Source: a virus (taxonomy: Duplodnaviria > Caudoviricetes). Taken from it: a DNA stretch of 64,000 bases. The stretch is from positions 22,311-86,310 of IMG/VR virus record IMGVR_UViG_3300001598_002233. One strand, given 5' to 3'. Of this stretch, positions 39,099 through 48,896 are shown piece after piece. The notes beneath the pieces are model-generated. The model had not been told where the DNA came from and made no database searches. It saw only the letters and a list, made by a program, of their open reading frames with translations. The translations under genes were made by a program, and so were the position numbers. Position 1 is the stretch's first letter; each line of letters begins with the position of its first letter.

Positions 39099-39483
39099 CT
39101 TCTATAATGCTATTTTGAGCATTGCCCTCAGCAATATTTTCAAAAAATAGTTCAACGTGATGGATAAACCATACAATGCCACTCGTAAATGCAATATCTG
39201 CAAGGACGGCCACCCACCATAGGCCAGTTCCTGCAAGGAGGATGTTAAACGGTGTAATTGCAATCTGTGGAAGAAAGAACCAATCAACGAGACTGCATAT
39301 GAGTCCAACATTTGCAGGGAAACACATCATACATCCAAACATACTACCAAAATGCTCACTAATTGAACTGGCAATGTTACGGATGTGCTCAAAAATACGG
39401 AATGGGCCACTTCCAAATACCATCATATTTGATAGTCCGTAAGCGGCGATGCTATAAAGCAATATTGTTAAACCTGCACTCAC
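39061..39483 (-). CDS. Membrane protein with CxxC (DUF1360-like)
   Basis: Three hydrophobic segments; MFGCMMCFPANVG CxxC motif. Confidence 0.65.
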   Translation of the reverse strand: MSAGLTILLYSIAAYGLSNMMVFGSGPFRIFEHIRNIASSISEHFGSMFGCMMCFPANVGLICSLVDWFFLPQIAITPFNILLAGTGLWWVAVLADIAFTSGIVWFIHHVELFFENIAEGNAQNSIIEDEKQDDSIEIHD

Positions 39484-39926
39484 TTTTCTTCTTCGTTTTC
39501 GTTAGTCTTTTCCTCAACTGTAGGGACCATTATTTTTTTGTCCTTTCTCTTTCCCTTATAAGTAAAGTCCAATGTTCTCAATGACTCCAATGCTATTGAC
39601 TCATCTTCGAATAATTTACGGAGTTCATCCACCTTAGCCTTTAGAAGCATAGCACGTTCTTGAGCCGTTACCATTTTTTCAATATTATAGTCAATTGCGT
39701 CAAAAACAGCATCAAAGCCATCTTCTATTGAAGCACAGAAATAATATTGATTACCATCATTTCCTGGAGCAATGGAAACTTTAAACTTATTGGGAATAGT
39801 TTCGTCAACAATCCAAAGGGGAGGAAATTCAACAATGACGTAAACGATTTGCTCGTTGTCAATCGTTTCCACTTGCATTCCCCTAAAGTATTGCCCTATT
39901 CTTTTTATTCTATCTTTAATCTCCAT
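39480..39926 (-). CDS. Hypothetical protein
   Basis: 148-aa ORF with 4-nt overlap to the next gene; C-terminal coiled coil. Confidence 0.7.
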   Translation of the reverse strand: MEIKDRIKRIGQYFRGMQVETIDNEQIVYVIVEFPPLWIVDETIPNKFKVSIAPGNDGNQYYFCASIEDGFDAVFDAIDYNIEKMVTAQERAMLLKAKVDELRKLFEDESIALESLRTLDFTYKGKRKDKKIMVPTVEEKTNENEEEK

Positions 39927-39930
39927 GATT

Positions 39931-40113
39931 TTAAAGTGGTAGCCCTAGTATTATAATTGTAAGTATGTATGAAATTGCACTGCCAATAAGAATCAATCTC
40001 CTGGTCGTTATATCACTTTTACCAGTAATAAGTGCCCTATAAAAATTAAACCCTTCTTTACAAAGATATAGAGCAGCAAATATCAAAACAAATAAAAATA
40101 TTCCTCTAATCAT
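39931..40113 (-). CDS. Small two-TM membrane protein
   Basis: 60 aa with two hydrophobic helices; first gene of the minus-strand unit. Confidence 0.6.
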   Translation of the reverse strand: MIRGIFLFVLIFAALYLCKEGFNFYRALITGKSDITTRRLILIGSAISYILTIIILGLPL

Positions 40114-40157
40114 AGTTTTTGTTTAAATATACAAAAAACATATGAAAAAAGCAAGAG

Positions 40158-40170
40158 AAACTATTTATAG
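40158..40170 (+). promoter_or_regulatory. AAACTATTTATAG candidate late promoter
   Basis: Exact copy of the 13423-13435 motif, 3 nt before the ATG at 40174. Confidence 0.6.
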
Positions 40171-40173
40171 AAG

Positions 40174-40818
40174 ATGAAAACATGGCAAAAAATAGCAATA
40201 TTCGCTATGATAATGGCGATATGCGTAGCAATAGGATTTTTCACGGGAAGGAAGATAAGTACAATAAAAACAGTTACGGTAACTGAATATGTGGAATTAC
40301 CGCCTATCCACGATTCTGTTACTTGTTTCGTTCCATATGAGGTGGTAAAACCTTGTGATACTCTTAATATTATAAAACAATGTATTAAGGATGGAAAATT
40401 TGCTGAAATGTGGCCGAAGAGGGAAATAAGAGATTCGATAATTATAACTAAAGCAGATACAACTGCAATAATGGCTGATTGGGCAACAATTAGAAATTAT
40501 AAGGATACTTTGTTTAATTCTGACTCTGTTGGAACTTGTATCTATGAGGCTCGTGTTCAGTATAATGAAATGAAAATGCTTGGATATACATACACCCCAA
40601 TACAAAAAGAGGTAAAGACCATTGAACAGAAGGTAAGAACATTCTCTCCGTTTATTGGAGTGGGGATATCAATTCAGCCTACTGTGGAAGCAGAGTTTGG
40701 TGGCTTTATTGATGAGAAGTGGGGTGCGAGCATATCTGGTAGGTATAATTTAAAACCTGTGGATAATCAGTTCCTATCCAAGTATGATTTTTCACTTAAA
40801 GTGATTAGAAAATTTTAA
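40174..40818 (+). CDS. Membrane-anchored protein with C-terminal beta-strands ending in Phe (spanin-like candidate)
   Basis: N-terminal TM (IAIFAMIMAICVAIGFF), periplasmic-type middle, and amphipathic strands FSPFIGVGISI..YDFSLKVIRKF. Confidence 0.5.
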   Translation: MKTWQKIAIFAMIMAICVAIGFFTGRKISTIKTVTVTEYVELPPIHDSVTCFVPYEVVKPCDTLNIIKQCIKDGKFAEMWPKREIRDSIIITKADTTAIMADWATIRNYKDTLFNSDSVGTCIYEARVQYNEMKMLGYTYTPIQKEVKTIEQKVRTFSPFIGVGISIQPTVEAEFGGFIDEKWGASISGRYNLKPVDNQFLSKYDFSLKVIRKF

Positions 40819-40843
40819 GCATTGCCTTATTTTTAAGAATAAT

Positions 40844-40856
40844 AAACTATTTATAG
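40844..40856 (+). promoter_or_regulatory. AAACTATTTATAG candidate late promoter
   Basis: Exact copy of the motif, 17 nt before the ATG at 40874. Confidence 0.65.
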
Positions 40857-40873
40857 AGAAAAATGGTTATAAT

Positions 40874-43800
40874 ATGGGAAAATTAACATTAAATAAACAC
40901 TACAGTACACCTTCGCAATGTATAAGCAATTTTGATGCGATATATGGAAAAAGTGAAGTTATCGTTTGCAATGACATAGACCAACCTGGTATATATATTT
41001 ATACCACGGGTGCTTCAGGCAACAAGGCTATAAATGTAATGGATATGTCTGTTATAAAATTAAAGGCTAATCCTAGTACAGCAACAACAGGTGAAGTTGT
41101 TTCTGGAGATACTCTTGAAAACATAGTTTCAAAACTTCAGAATAAAATAAATGCAGCTTCTGGCGTTTCAAGTGGTATAACTGAAAAGGTGGAAAATATT
41201 ATTATAGGCGTTGGGCTTAATCCTGATGGTACCTATAAAGCAATTACTGGTAAGTATGTCAGCACCGCAACAACAGTTGCAGATGCTATTACATTATTGA
41301 GCAATGCTATTGAGAATGAAAAGGCAGATGCTATTGCACAAGGTAAGACATATACTGACACAAAGGTACAAGAGGAAATTGAGAAGCTTGACGCTGAGGC
41401 TAAGGCCCCTCTTGGAGGCGTATTTACTGCAATTACCGAAACAGATGGTAAAATTAGTGCAGATACGCAGATGCTTGCAGTTGAACTTAACCCCGCTATG
41501 ACTACTTCTAACCACTATGACTTCTATCTTAGTGGGGGTACTTCAAGGCATAAATGGGGTGAAATTGATGTCCCCAAGGACCAATTCTTAAAGGATGTTA
41601 GTTTCATTGCAAGTGCGACTTCTTCTGATATTACAACAGCCCATGACCGTGGATGTATCATTGAGTTGGGTAAGGCTTATCTTGTATTTAACTTCACAAC
41701 TTCAGCAGGAGATAAGTGGGTTTATACAGATATGACAAGCCTCGTTAGAGGATTAACTGCTAAGGATATTAAAATTTCTACTGCATATACAAAAACCTCT
41801 TATAATATTAAAGCAGGTACTCCAACTGAAGATGCTATTAATGAAATTACTGAAGAACTTGATAAACTTAACGAAAAGGCTTCTGCTATTACAATTACAT
41901 CTACAGGAAAGACCATTAATATCACTACAGGTACAACAGGTACAAATGTTGATGTTTATATAGACAACGAGTCAATCGTAACAAACGAAAAGGCTCAGTC
42001 TGGACAAGAAGGTAGACTTAGTACATATATTAATATTAAGCGTGATATTGAGGGAGCAAAAGAGGCAACTGCAAGTACTAGAATGACATATCACCTTGTT
42101 AAATCAGGCGGTACTTATTATGGTGGTGGCTCTGAAACCTATATGACAACCGATATTGTGATTCCTCGTCACTTTATTACTCCCGACGAAGCAACTGGCC
42201 CTGGTAAATGGGTTAAGGTTGGAACATCAGCTGAAACAGCTATTGGTAGATATGTTGTTGATACAACCAAGATTGGCCTCGCTGTTCAGGAGAATATTAA
42301 AAATGCTCTTGGTGAGACAGAAGCAATGGGTAATGGCCTTACCACTGCTTGGGCTGTTAGAGAGTTTATGAAAGAAGGTATTGACGGTGATGATGTTATG
42401 GTAGGTTGGGCAGACCACCTTCCTGGTAGCCTTTTATCATACTATGGTAATATCGCAGACGGACATATATTAGGACCTGTTGCAAAGGCAAATAATGTGC
42501 ACGAAGCAGTATGGAAGGTCAATAATAACTTTGATAGAGTTGCTGACTCCATTGGGCTAGTAAATCTTAATTTTACAGCAAGTACATATGTTGATGATGT
42601 ATATAAATACGATTCTGCAAATACACAAGCATATAGATATATTTCTGGCGCAACTACAGTGATGGGAGCAATCAAGAAACTTGATGATAATATTGCAACA
42701 GAATGGGGTGACTTTGCAAATAAGTCAATTAGAACAAGGCAAACAGGGTGTGAGGCAATAGGCAAGGGCTCATTTGCTGAAGGTAGTGGGACAACAGCAG
42801 AGGGTGCAACGTCTCACTCAGAGGGCTATTTAACAAAGGCACAGGGTGCACAATCACACGCTGAGGGTAATACAACCATTGCAAGTGGTGTGGATTCTCA
42901 CGCAGAAGGTAATAATACAAAAGCACAGGGCAACGCTTCACATTCTGAAGGATATTTTACAACTGCAACAGGAAATGGCTCTCACGCAGAAGGTAGTGCA
43001 ACAACCGCAAGTGCAGTCTATGCACACGCCGAAGGACAAGGCACAACAGCTAGTAAGGGTAGTGCCCACGCTGAAGGCCTTAATTCGGTAGCAGACGGTA
43101 TTGCAGCTCACGCTGAAGGTACAAGTACAGAAGCAAGCAAGGATAATGCACATGCTGAAGGACAGTTAACCAAGGCAAAAGAAGTTTATTCACATGCTGA
43201 AGGTTATTCAACCAACGCACTTAGTGCAGCAACGCACGCAGAGGGATATCAAACAAGTGCTAATGGACTCGCAGCACACGCTGAAGGTAAGTCAACGACA
43301 GCAACAGGCGATACAGCCCACGCTGAGGGCTTATCCACAACAGCATCTGCTGCTCAAGCACACGCTGAAGGTAATACAACTACTGCAAGTGGTGTGGATT
43401 CACACGCAGAAGGCAATAATACAAAAGCACAGGGTGCTGCCTCACATTCTGAAGGTACAACTACAACAGCAGTTACAGCCAATGCCCATGCTGAAGGCTT
43501 AACTTCTAAAGCAAGCGGAAATGCTTCTCACGCTGAAGGTAATACAACTACTGCAAGTGGTGATAATGCACACGCCGAAGGACATTTTACAGTCGCAAGT
43601 GGTATAGACTCACATGCTGAAGGTAATGCAACAACAGCAAGCACAACAAATGCTCATGCTGAAGGCCAATCTACCCAAGCAAACGCCACTGCTGCTCACG
43701 CTGAAGGTGGATTATCCGTTGCTGGGGGAATTGCTTCACACGCTGAGGGTAGTGCGACAACCGCAAGTGGCGTAGCATCTCACGCTGAAGGTACAAGCAC

Positions 43801-45340
43801 GGTTGCTTCAACCGCTAATTCTCATACAGAAGGTCTTGGCACAAAGGTTTCCAACACGGAAGAGCACGCAAGTGGTAAATATAATGCAACTGAAGCAGGA
43901 CAGATATTCTCAATCGGTATTGGTACATCAGATGCTGCAAGAAAGAATGCAATGTGCTTTTCAACAAGTGGTACTGTTAAGGGTGAAACAATCCTTACAA
44001 CCAAGGAGCAATTGTCTGCACAAACAACTACAGGAAAACTTGTAGACGCAAAGGCTGTTAATGACTTATTCAATTATCAAAGAGGTTGGAGTGCTATCAC
44101 ACTTAGTGCAGGTAACACAATTAAGGCAGATAATAATGGTGACACAATCACTATTAGTGGCAATACTTATGTTGATGTCGTTGGTACAGACGACCCTGAA
44201 AAGATACAAATTACAACTGATGTTGCTGACACCAAGGCTGCTCTTACTGCAGCAACTGCAAACAATCAATTAGCAGGTGCTTATGGTGTTAGAGAGTGGA
44301 TTCAGTCTCTTGATAAGACAGGTGTGACAACAACGGGACAATTCCTTCGTTATGTAACTGAGGCAGACGGTGTTGTTGCTGAGGTTAAGGGTTATATTAA
44401 GGATACTGATGTTAAGATTAGTGCTGTTACCCCTTCTTCTACAAATGTTAAAGAAGAATTTGCCTTATTTAATGGAAACAATGTAGAACTTGGAAATCGT
44501 ATTAAGATTTATAAGGATAGTGCATTTGTTAGAGCATATATAGGTACAATGGGTGACACGATTAACAATGACACTGGTGTTGTAACACCTGGTACAGGAA
44601 GTGAATCACTTAACATTATCCATCTTGATGTGAATGGTAAATATCAAATGGTTAAGATTGACCTTGAGACATTTGTGATAGAAACAGAATTCAAGGATGG
44701 TCTTAAAGTTTCTGGCCATAATGTTTATGTGACTGTTGATACGAATTCAGAAAAAGATGATGAGGGAAAACATTTCTTACAGGTACTTTCTGGCGGTGTA
44801 GAGGTTAGAGGCATTAATAACCAAATTGCTCGTAGAATTAATGAACTTAATGCAAGTGTATCTTCTAATGACCAAGGCGTTGCTGTGACCGTTGCTGAAA
44901 CTAACGGTAAACTTTCAGGAATCGCAGTTGCCGTTACTACACTTGATACAGATACAGCAATTACATCTGCTGCAACTTCAGTTGTTTCTGGTAAGGGTGT
45001 TCGTGCAGCAATTGATGCTCTTGATTCAACAGCCACAACAACAAGCAATGCTTACGCTCTTACATCAGTTACAATTACTAATGGTAAGATAAGTGCAAAG
45101 GGAGAAACCAATAAGATTGCCTCTGCTTCAACTGCTGCTTCTGCAGATACTCTTGATGGAAAACACGCGACAGACCTTCTTACAGAATTTACCAATACTT
45201 CAACAGGAACTAATGGAGAATCAAGAATTACTGTTGGTGGAACATCTAAGACTTGCAAAGTCAATGCAGATACCGTTGATGGTTATCACTTTGTTGTGGG
45301 TTCAACAGGAACTACAGCAAATACAATTTATTTTCTTTAG
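40874..45340 (+). CDS. Tail fibre / adhesin with trimeric-autotransporter (YadA/Hep_Hag) head-type repeats
   Basis: About 27 consecutive 14-aa repeats xGxxSHAEGxxTxA followed by GKYN..IFSIGIGTSDAARKNA neck-like motif. Confidence 0.85.
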   Translation: MGKLTLNKHYSTPSQCISNFDAIYGKSEVIVCNDIDQPGIYIYTTGASGNKAINVMDMSVIKLKANPSTATTGEVVSGDTLENIVSKLQNKINAASGVSSGITEKVENIIIGVGLNPDGTYKAITGKYVSTATTVADAITLLSNAIENEKADAIAQGKTYTDTKVQEEIEKLDAEAKAPLGGVFTAITETDGKISADTQMLAVELNPAMTTSNHYDFYLSGGTSRHKWGEIDVPKDQFLKDVSFIASATSSDITTAHDRGCIIELGKAYLVFNFTTSAGDKWVYTDMTSLVRGLTAKDIKISTAYTKTSYNIKAGTPTEDAINEITEELDKLNEKASAITITSTGKTINITTGTTGTNVDVYIDNESIVTNEKAQSGQEGRLSTYINIKRDIEGAKEATASTRMTYHLVKSGGTYYGGGSETYMTTDIVIPRHFITPDEATGPGKWVKVGTSAETAIGRYVVDTTKIGLAVQENIKNALGETEAMGNGLTTAWAVREFMKEGIDGDDVMVGWADHLPGSLLSYYGNIADGHILGPVAKANNVHEAVWKVNNNFDRVADSIGLVNLNFTASTYVDDVYKYDSANTQAYRYISGATTVMGAIKKLDDNIATEWGDFANKSIRTRQTGCEAIGKGSFAEGSGTTAEGATSHSEGYLTKAQGAQSHAEGNTTIASGVDSHAEGNNTKAQGNASHSEGYFTTATGNGSHAEGSATTASAVYAHAEGQGTTASKGSAHAEGLNSVADGIAAHAEGTSTEASKDNAHAEGQLTKAKEVYSHAEGYSTNALSAATHAEGYQTSANGLAAHAEGKSTTATGDTAHAEGLSTTASAAQAHAEGNTTTASGVDSHAEGNNTKAQGAASHSEGTTTTAVTANAHAEGLTSKASGNASHAEGNTTTASGDNAHAEGHFTVASGIDSHAEGNATTASTTNAHAEGQSTQANATAAHAEGGLSVAGGIASHAEGSATTASGVASHAEGTSTVASTANSHTEGLGTKVSNTEEHASGKYNATEAGQIFSIGIGTSDAARKNAMCFSTSGTVKGETILTTKEQLSAQTTTGKLVDAKAVNDLFNYQRGWSAITLSAGNTIKADNNGDTITISGNTYVDVVGTDDPEKIQITTDVADTKAALTAATANNQLAGAYGVREWIQSLDKTGVTTTGQFLRYVTEADGVVAEVKGYIKDTDVKISAVTPSSTNVKEEFALFNGNNVELGNRIKIYKDSAFVRAYIGTMGDTINNDTGVVTPGTGSESLNIIHLDVNGKYQMVKIDLETFVIETEFKDGLKVSGHNVYVTVDTNSEKDDEGKHFLQVLSGGVEVRGINNQIARRINELNASVSSNDQGVAVTVAETNGKLSGIAVAVTTLDTDTAITSAATSVVSGKGVRAAIDALDSTATTTSNAYALTSVTITNGKISAKGETNKIASASTAASADTLDGKHATDLLTEFTNTSTGTNGESRITVGGTSKTCKVNADTVDGYHFVVGSTGTTANTIYFL
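42761..43885 (+). repeat. 42-bp-period coding tandem repeat (~27 units)
   Basis: Recurrent CA(C/T)GC(T/A)GA(A/G)GG every 42 nt; near-identical ~95-bp blocks at ~42857-42950 and ~43361-43455. Confidence 0.92.
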
Positions 45341-45350
45341 TATTTAATTT

Positions 45351-45378
45351 ATCTCCCTCATCATTAGGTGGGGGAGAT
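45351..45378 (+). terminator. Possible terminator/hairpin between the two adhesin genes
   Basis: ATCTCCCTCA-TCATTAGG-TGGGGGAGAT imperfect stem; weak T-run. Confidence 0.4.
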
Positions 45379-45413
45379 TGATATAAAAATATTTTCAAAA
45401 AACCAATATTTAA

Positions 45414-48158
45414 ATGGCAACAAAATATAATATTGACATAAATAATGCAAGGCCTAATGGTAATAAACTAACAACAGGAGTTTACATTGGAAATGGTACT
45501 TCCAATAGGGAGTCGTTTTTTGGTGTAAGAGGTACTGGTGGCGGTAGTGTTACTATATACGATAAGGTTCTTTATACCCTTGAAATGACTAATGCTACAG
45601 GTCTTGAACCATCAGCAGGTAGATACTATGCTTCATCATATGCTTCAACAAATAAAAGGAAGCACGGCAACGGCGTTGAAGAGACAGGTATGGCATTGAA
45701 AATTACTTCAAGTTCACAAGCATATATTGACATACCCGCTAATACAAGCACATCTTCTACTCAGACAACTGCCGCACAAACGGTTACTCAGTATGATGAT
45801 TCTTCTGAACATCTTGCATATGATGGTGCACAGGTTACCAATTGGACTTTAACACAGAAAAAGAATTATCCTACAGGAATCACACTAACACTTTCAACAC
45901 CAACAGATATTCCTGCAAATGGAGGTTCTGTAAATTCTGTAACTTACACAGCAAAGGCACAAATGAAGGCAGGAAACGAAGTTGACGTAACTTCAGACAC
46001 TGCTTGTACAATTACATGGACAGGCGTTACTGGTAATAATTTAACAACAACAATTAAAAATAGAACTAATTTAGGTAATCTAACAGGCAAGGTTACATAT
46101 GTATGTAACGGTGCAACTGTCACGGCAACAGCTTCTGTAGCCGTTTATCAAGCAGAGAACAAGGTCACTGCAGTGGCTGCAACTTGTGGAACATTTGCTT
46201 ATACACAATTTACGGCTGCAGGCGGTTCCGCAGTTCCTTCTACCAATAACGCAAACACATTTGTGGTTACTTATTCTTCTACATCCACATCTACCACAGC
46301 CCCTGCATCTACTTATGGTACTTGGGCTGCAAGTGTGGTTTATTCAATGACTGCGGGAAATGGCTTCACACTTGGAAGCACAACAACAGGTAGCGTAACA
46401 GCAGCGGGTAGAGGAACCACAACAGGTGCAACAAGGTCTTCAAATACCATTACAAAGAAATACGATATTTCTTGGACACCTAATGCAAGTTATCCTGGTA
46501 CAACGAGAACATCATCAAACAGCAAGACAACAACAGCAAGTCAGGAAGCAAATGCTATTACATCATACGATGCTCCTACAGGCCTTTCACTTTCTGCCAC
46601 TGCAGACATTCCTGCAAGTGGTGGTACAAGAACGGCTGGTGTAGCAGGTACTTGTTCACAGGTTCGTCATTATACATCAACCTCAACAGATACAATAAAT
46701 CCTACAGCAACTTATACAGCTCCTTCGGAAACGGCAAGTTCACTTGGAACAACAGCGAAGGCAAGAACCAAGATTTCAACAAAGTCTATGACGTATACAG
46801 CAAATGGTAAGTCATCTACAACAAATAACGTTGATTTCTATCAGGAAGCAAATGCAATCACTGCCACAACTTGGAACAATCCTGTGGTTTCCCTTGCCTA
46901 TGCTACCCCTATTGGTGCAGGTGGAGGATATACACTTCCTACTACTAAATCAGCAACACAGAGTGGTACATTACACTATACTTCTTCATCAACTGCAGCA
47001 ACTTCAAACACTGCATTTACTTGGTCATTCTCTCATACTTCAACAGGTAGATTCTCATTAACTGATTCTTCTACAGGACAAATGTATGCTTCAAGTAAAG
47101 GAACAAGTGTAGAAGGTATTACATATTCAAATGATATTACCGCAACAGCAACAGGTTCAGGAAGTAAGACTGGTTCAAACACAGCAAATGTTTCTCAAGG
47201 TGAAAATAAACTTGAATCTACAACTTGGAATAACCCTGTTGTTACTGCTGTTGTATTCGCAACAAAAGATAGCTCTGCTGGTGCAGCCACAAGAAGTACT
47301 AATGCAAGTGCAACACAAAGCGGTACTTTGAAATATACATCAACAGCAACTGCAGCAACATCGAATACTTCATTTACTTGGGCTATTTCAAGTAATAATG
47401 CCAATGCTGTTATTACAAATGGTACAACCACAACGCCTACCTTAACATGGGCTACCAATACAGGAACTACAGAGAGAAGTGCTACTATTACAACAAAGGC
47501 TACAGGCGCGGGCTCTAAATCAGCAAGTGCTACAAGTACTGCAAAACAAGAAGGAACATCGTCTGGGTATCTTAGAGTGACTCCTAACTCTCATGGTGTT
47601 GCCAGCTCTGGTGCAACGGGTCGTCAAATAAATGTTAGTGCTACAACTGCATGGGTAGCATATAATGTTCCTTCGTGGGTAACGTTAGACCGAACCACTG
47701 GAAGTGCTGGTAGTGTAACCTTTAGTGCCAATGTAGCATCTAATTCTAGTACTAGTGATAGAAGCGCAACCATTACTTTTAGTGGAGGGGGAATGTCTGA
47801 TACAATAACATTTAATCAGAGTGGTGTCACTGTACCTACTTTTACTTGGTACTTGAAAAACAATACTAGTAACCTTATTTTAGGTACTTCAACTGTTATT
47901 TATAATGACGGAACTGCCGATAGTGGAGGAGGTGGACAATCTCCAGGGATGCAAGCACCTTATACGAGGGCAAAATTAGGGATTTCAACTGCTGTAACAT
48001 CAGTATCTTTAATACTGAATGGTATGACTTATCCCTCCTCTATAAAATTTGACGGACAGACTGTGAATAAAACAAGTGAAACAGGTGGTAGTGCTACTTA
48101 TTCTGGAAGCGTTAATGTTTCAATTAGTGCAGGAACAACAATATCTATTACAGACTAA
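45414..48158 (+). CDS. Thr/Ser-rich multi-beta-sandwich virion protein with C-terminal BACON-like domain(s)
   Basis: Repeating ~100-120-aa units beginning Q(A/E/G)(A/E)N; near the C-terminus LRVTP..INVSATTAW..VPSWVTLDRTTGS..NVASNSSTSDRSATITF..ITFNQSG is a typical BACON pattern. Confidence 0.7.
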   Translation: MATKYNIDINNARPNGNKLTTGVYIGNGTSNRESFFGVRGTGGGSVTIYDKVLYTLEMTNATGLEPSAGRYYASSYASTNKRKHGNGVEETGMALKITSSSQAYIDIPANTSTSSTQTTAAQTVTQYDDSSEHLAYDGAQVTNWTLTQKKNYPTGITLTLSTPTDIPANGGSVNSVTYTAKAQMKAGNEVDVTSDTACTITWTGVTGNNLTTTIKNRTNLGNLTGKVTYVCNGATVTATASVAVYQAENKVTAVAATCGTFAYTQFTAAGGSAVPSTNNANTFVVTYSSTSTSTTAPASTYGTWAASVVYSMTAGNGFTLGSTTTGSVTAAGRGTTTGATRSSNTITKKYDISWTPNASYPGTTRTSSNSKTTTASQEANAITSYDAPTGLSLSATADIPASGGTRTAGVAGTCSQVRHYTSTSTDTINPTATYTAPSETASSLGTTAKARTKISTKSMTYTANGKSSTTNNVDFYQEANAITATTWNNPVVSLAYATPIGAGGGYTLPTTKSATQSGTLHYTSSSTAATSNTAFTWSFSHTSTGRFSLTDSSTGQMYASSKGTSVEGITYSNDITATATGSGSKTGSNTANVSQGENKLESTTWNNPVVTAVVFATKDSSAGAATRSTNASATQSGTLKYTSTATAATSNTSFTWAISSNNANAVITNGTTTTPTLTWATNTGTTERSATITTKATGAGSKSASATSTAKQEGTSSGYLRVTPNSHGVASSGATGRQINVSATTAWVAYNVPSWVTLDRTTGSAGSVTFSANVASNSSTSDRSATITFSGGGMSDTITFNQSGVTVPTFTWYLKNNTSNLILGTSTVIYNDGTADSGGGGQSPGMQAPYTRAKLGISTAVTSVSLILNGMTYPSSIKFDGQTVNKTSETGGSATYSGSVNVSISAGTTISITD

Positions 48159-48162
48159 TAAC

Positions 48163-48193
48163 AAAAAAGAGAAGCAAATCACTTCTCTTTTTT
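48163..48193. terminator. Bidirectional terminator between convergent units
   Basis: AAAAAAGAGAAG-CAAATCA-CTTCTCTTTTTT. Confidence 0.88.
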
Positions 48194-48198
48194 CTTTT

Positions 48199-48894
48199 CT
48201 ATATATCCTTTACTTCCTTAACAATGTCTGTGGTAATATATCCTCCATATTCTGATTTAAGGTATTCATCAACAGGAATCCATACTGGGTTCCAACCGAA
48301 TTCAGCATTTCTCACGGTTCTAATGCCATAGCAATCCTCAGATACTGGAATGGTTTTGCGTCTCCATGATTTGAAGCATTTGTACATAACTTCTTCCCCA
48401 TCGGCATCAATGATTATAATTTTATGTTGTTTTTCATCAAAACAAGAAGCAAGGTCATTCCAAGGCAATAGGTCTTCGAGGTCACTGAGGCTGAAATATG
48501 ACTTTATCGTTGGTTCACATGGATTAAACTCAAATTTATTTTCGTGTGAGTGATAGATAATTTCAGAAAACTTGACGAACTCATCTACTGAGGTAATATT
48601 CTGCTCGTTGATAAATGTAAACAGAACATCGAGTGGATTAAGTTCATCATAGTTATAGACACGATGAATTTCAAATTTAAAAGGAAGCCGTTTAAGGTGG
48701 TCCATAATTTCCCTACGTATATCAGTAGCGGTAAACTCCTTTCTATCTGTGCCAAGCCTATCATAATAGTGCTTGGCAATATCGTGAGCCATTGATGTTA
48801 CATAAGTATGTCGCCCAATACAATATCTATACGAAGTCCACATAAGCATCTCTTCAAAGAGAGAGCATTTTTCTATTTCTTTCTTTTTAGCCAT
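48199..48894 (-). CDS. Hypothetical protein
   Basis: 231-aa ORF, last gene of the minus-strand operon. Confidence 0.7.
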   Translation of the reverse strand: MAKKKEIEKCSLFEEMLMWTSYRYCIGRHTYVTSMAHDIAKHYYDRLGTDRKEFTATDIRREIMDHLKRLPFKFEIHRVYNYDELNPLDVLFTFINEQNITSVDEFVKFSEIIYHSHENKFEFNPCEPTIKSYFSLSDLEDLLPWNDLASCFDEKQHKIIIIDADGEEVMYKCFKSWRRKTIPVSEDCYGIRTVRNAEFGWNPVWIPVDEYLKSEYGGYITTDIVKEVKDI

Positions 48895-48896
48895 AG

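Noticed and set aside
42761-43885. CRISPR-like periodic repeat
   Set aside because: The period is exactly 42 nt, in frame, with synonymous variation; it encodes adhesin repeats, and no cas genes or leader are present.
31577-48158. Diversity-generating retroelement or invertible tail-fibre cassette
   Set aside because: No reverse transcriptase or invertase, and no template/variable repeat pair differing at adenines, was seen. The repeats are tandem and coding.
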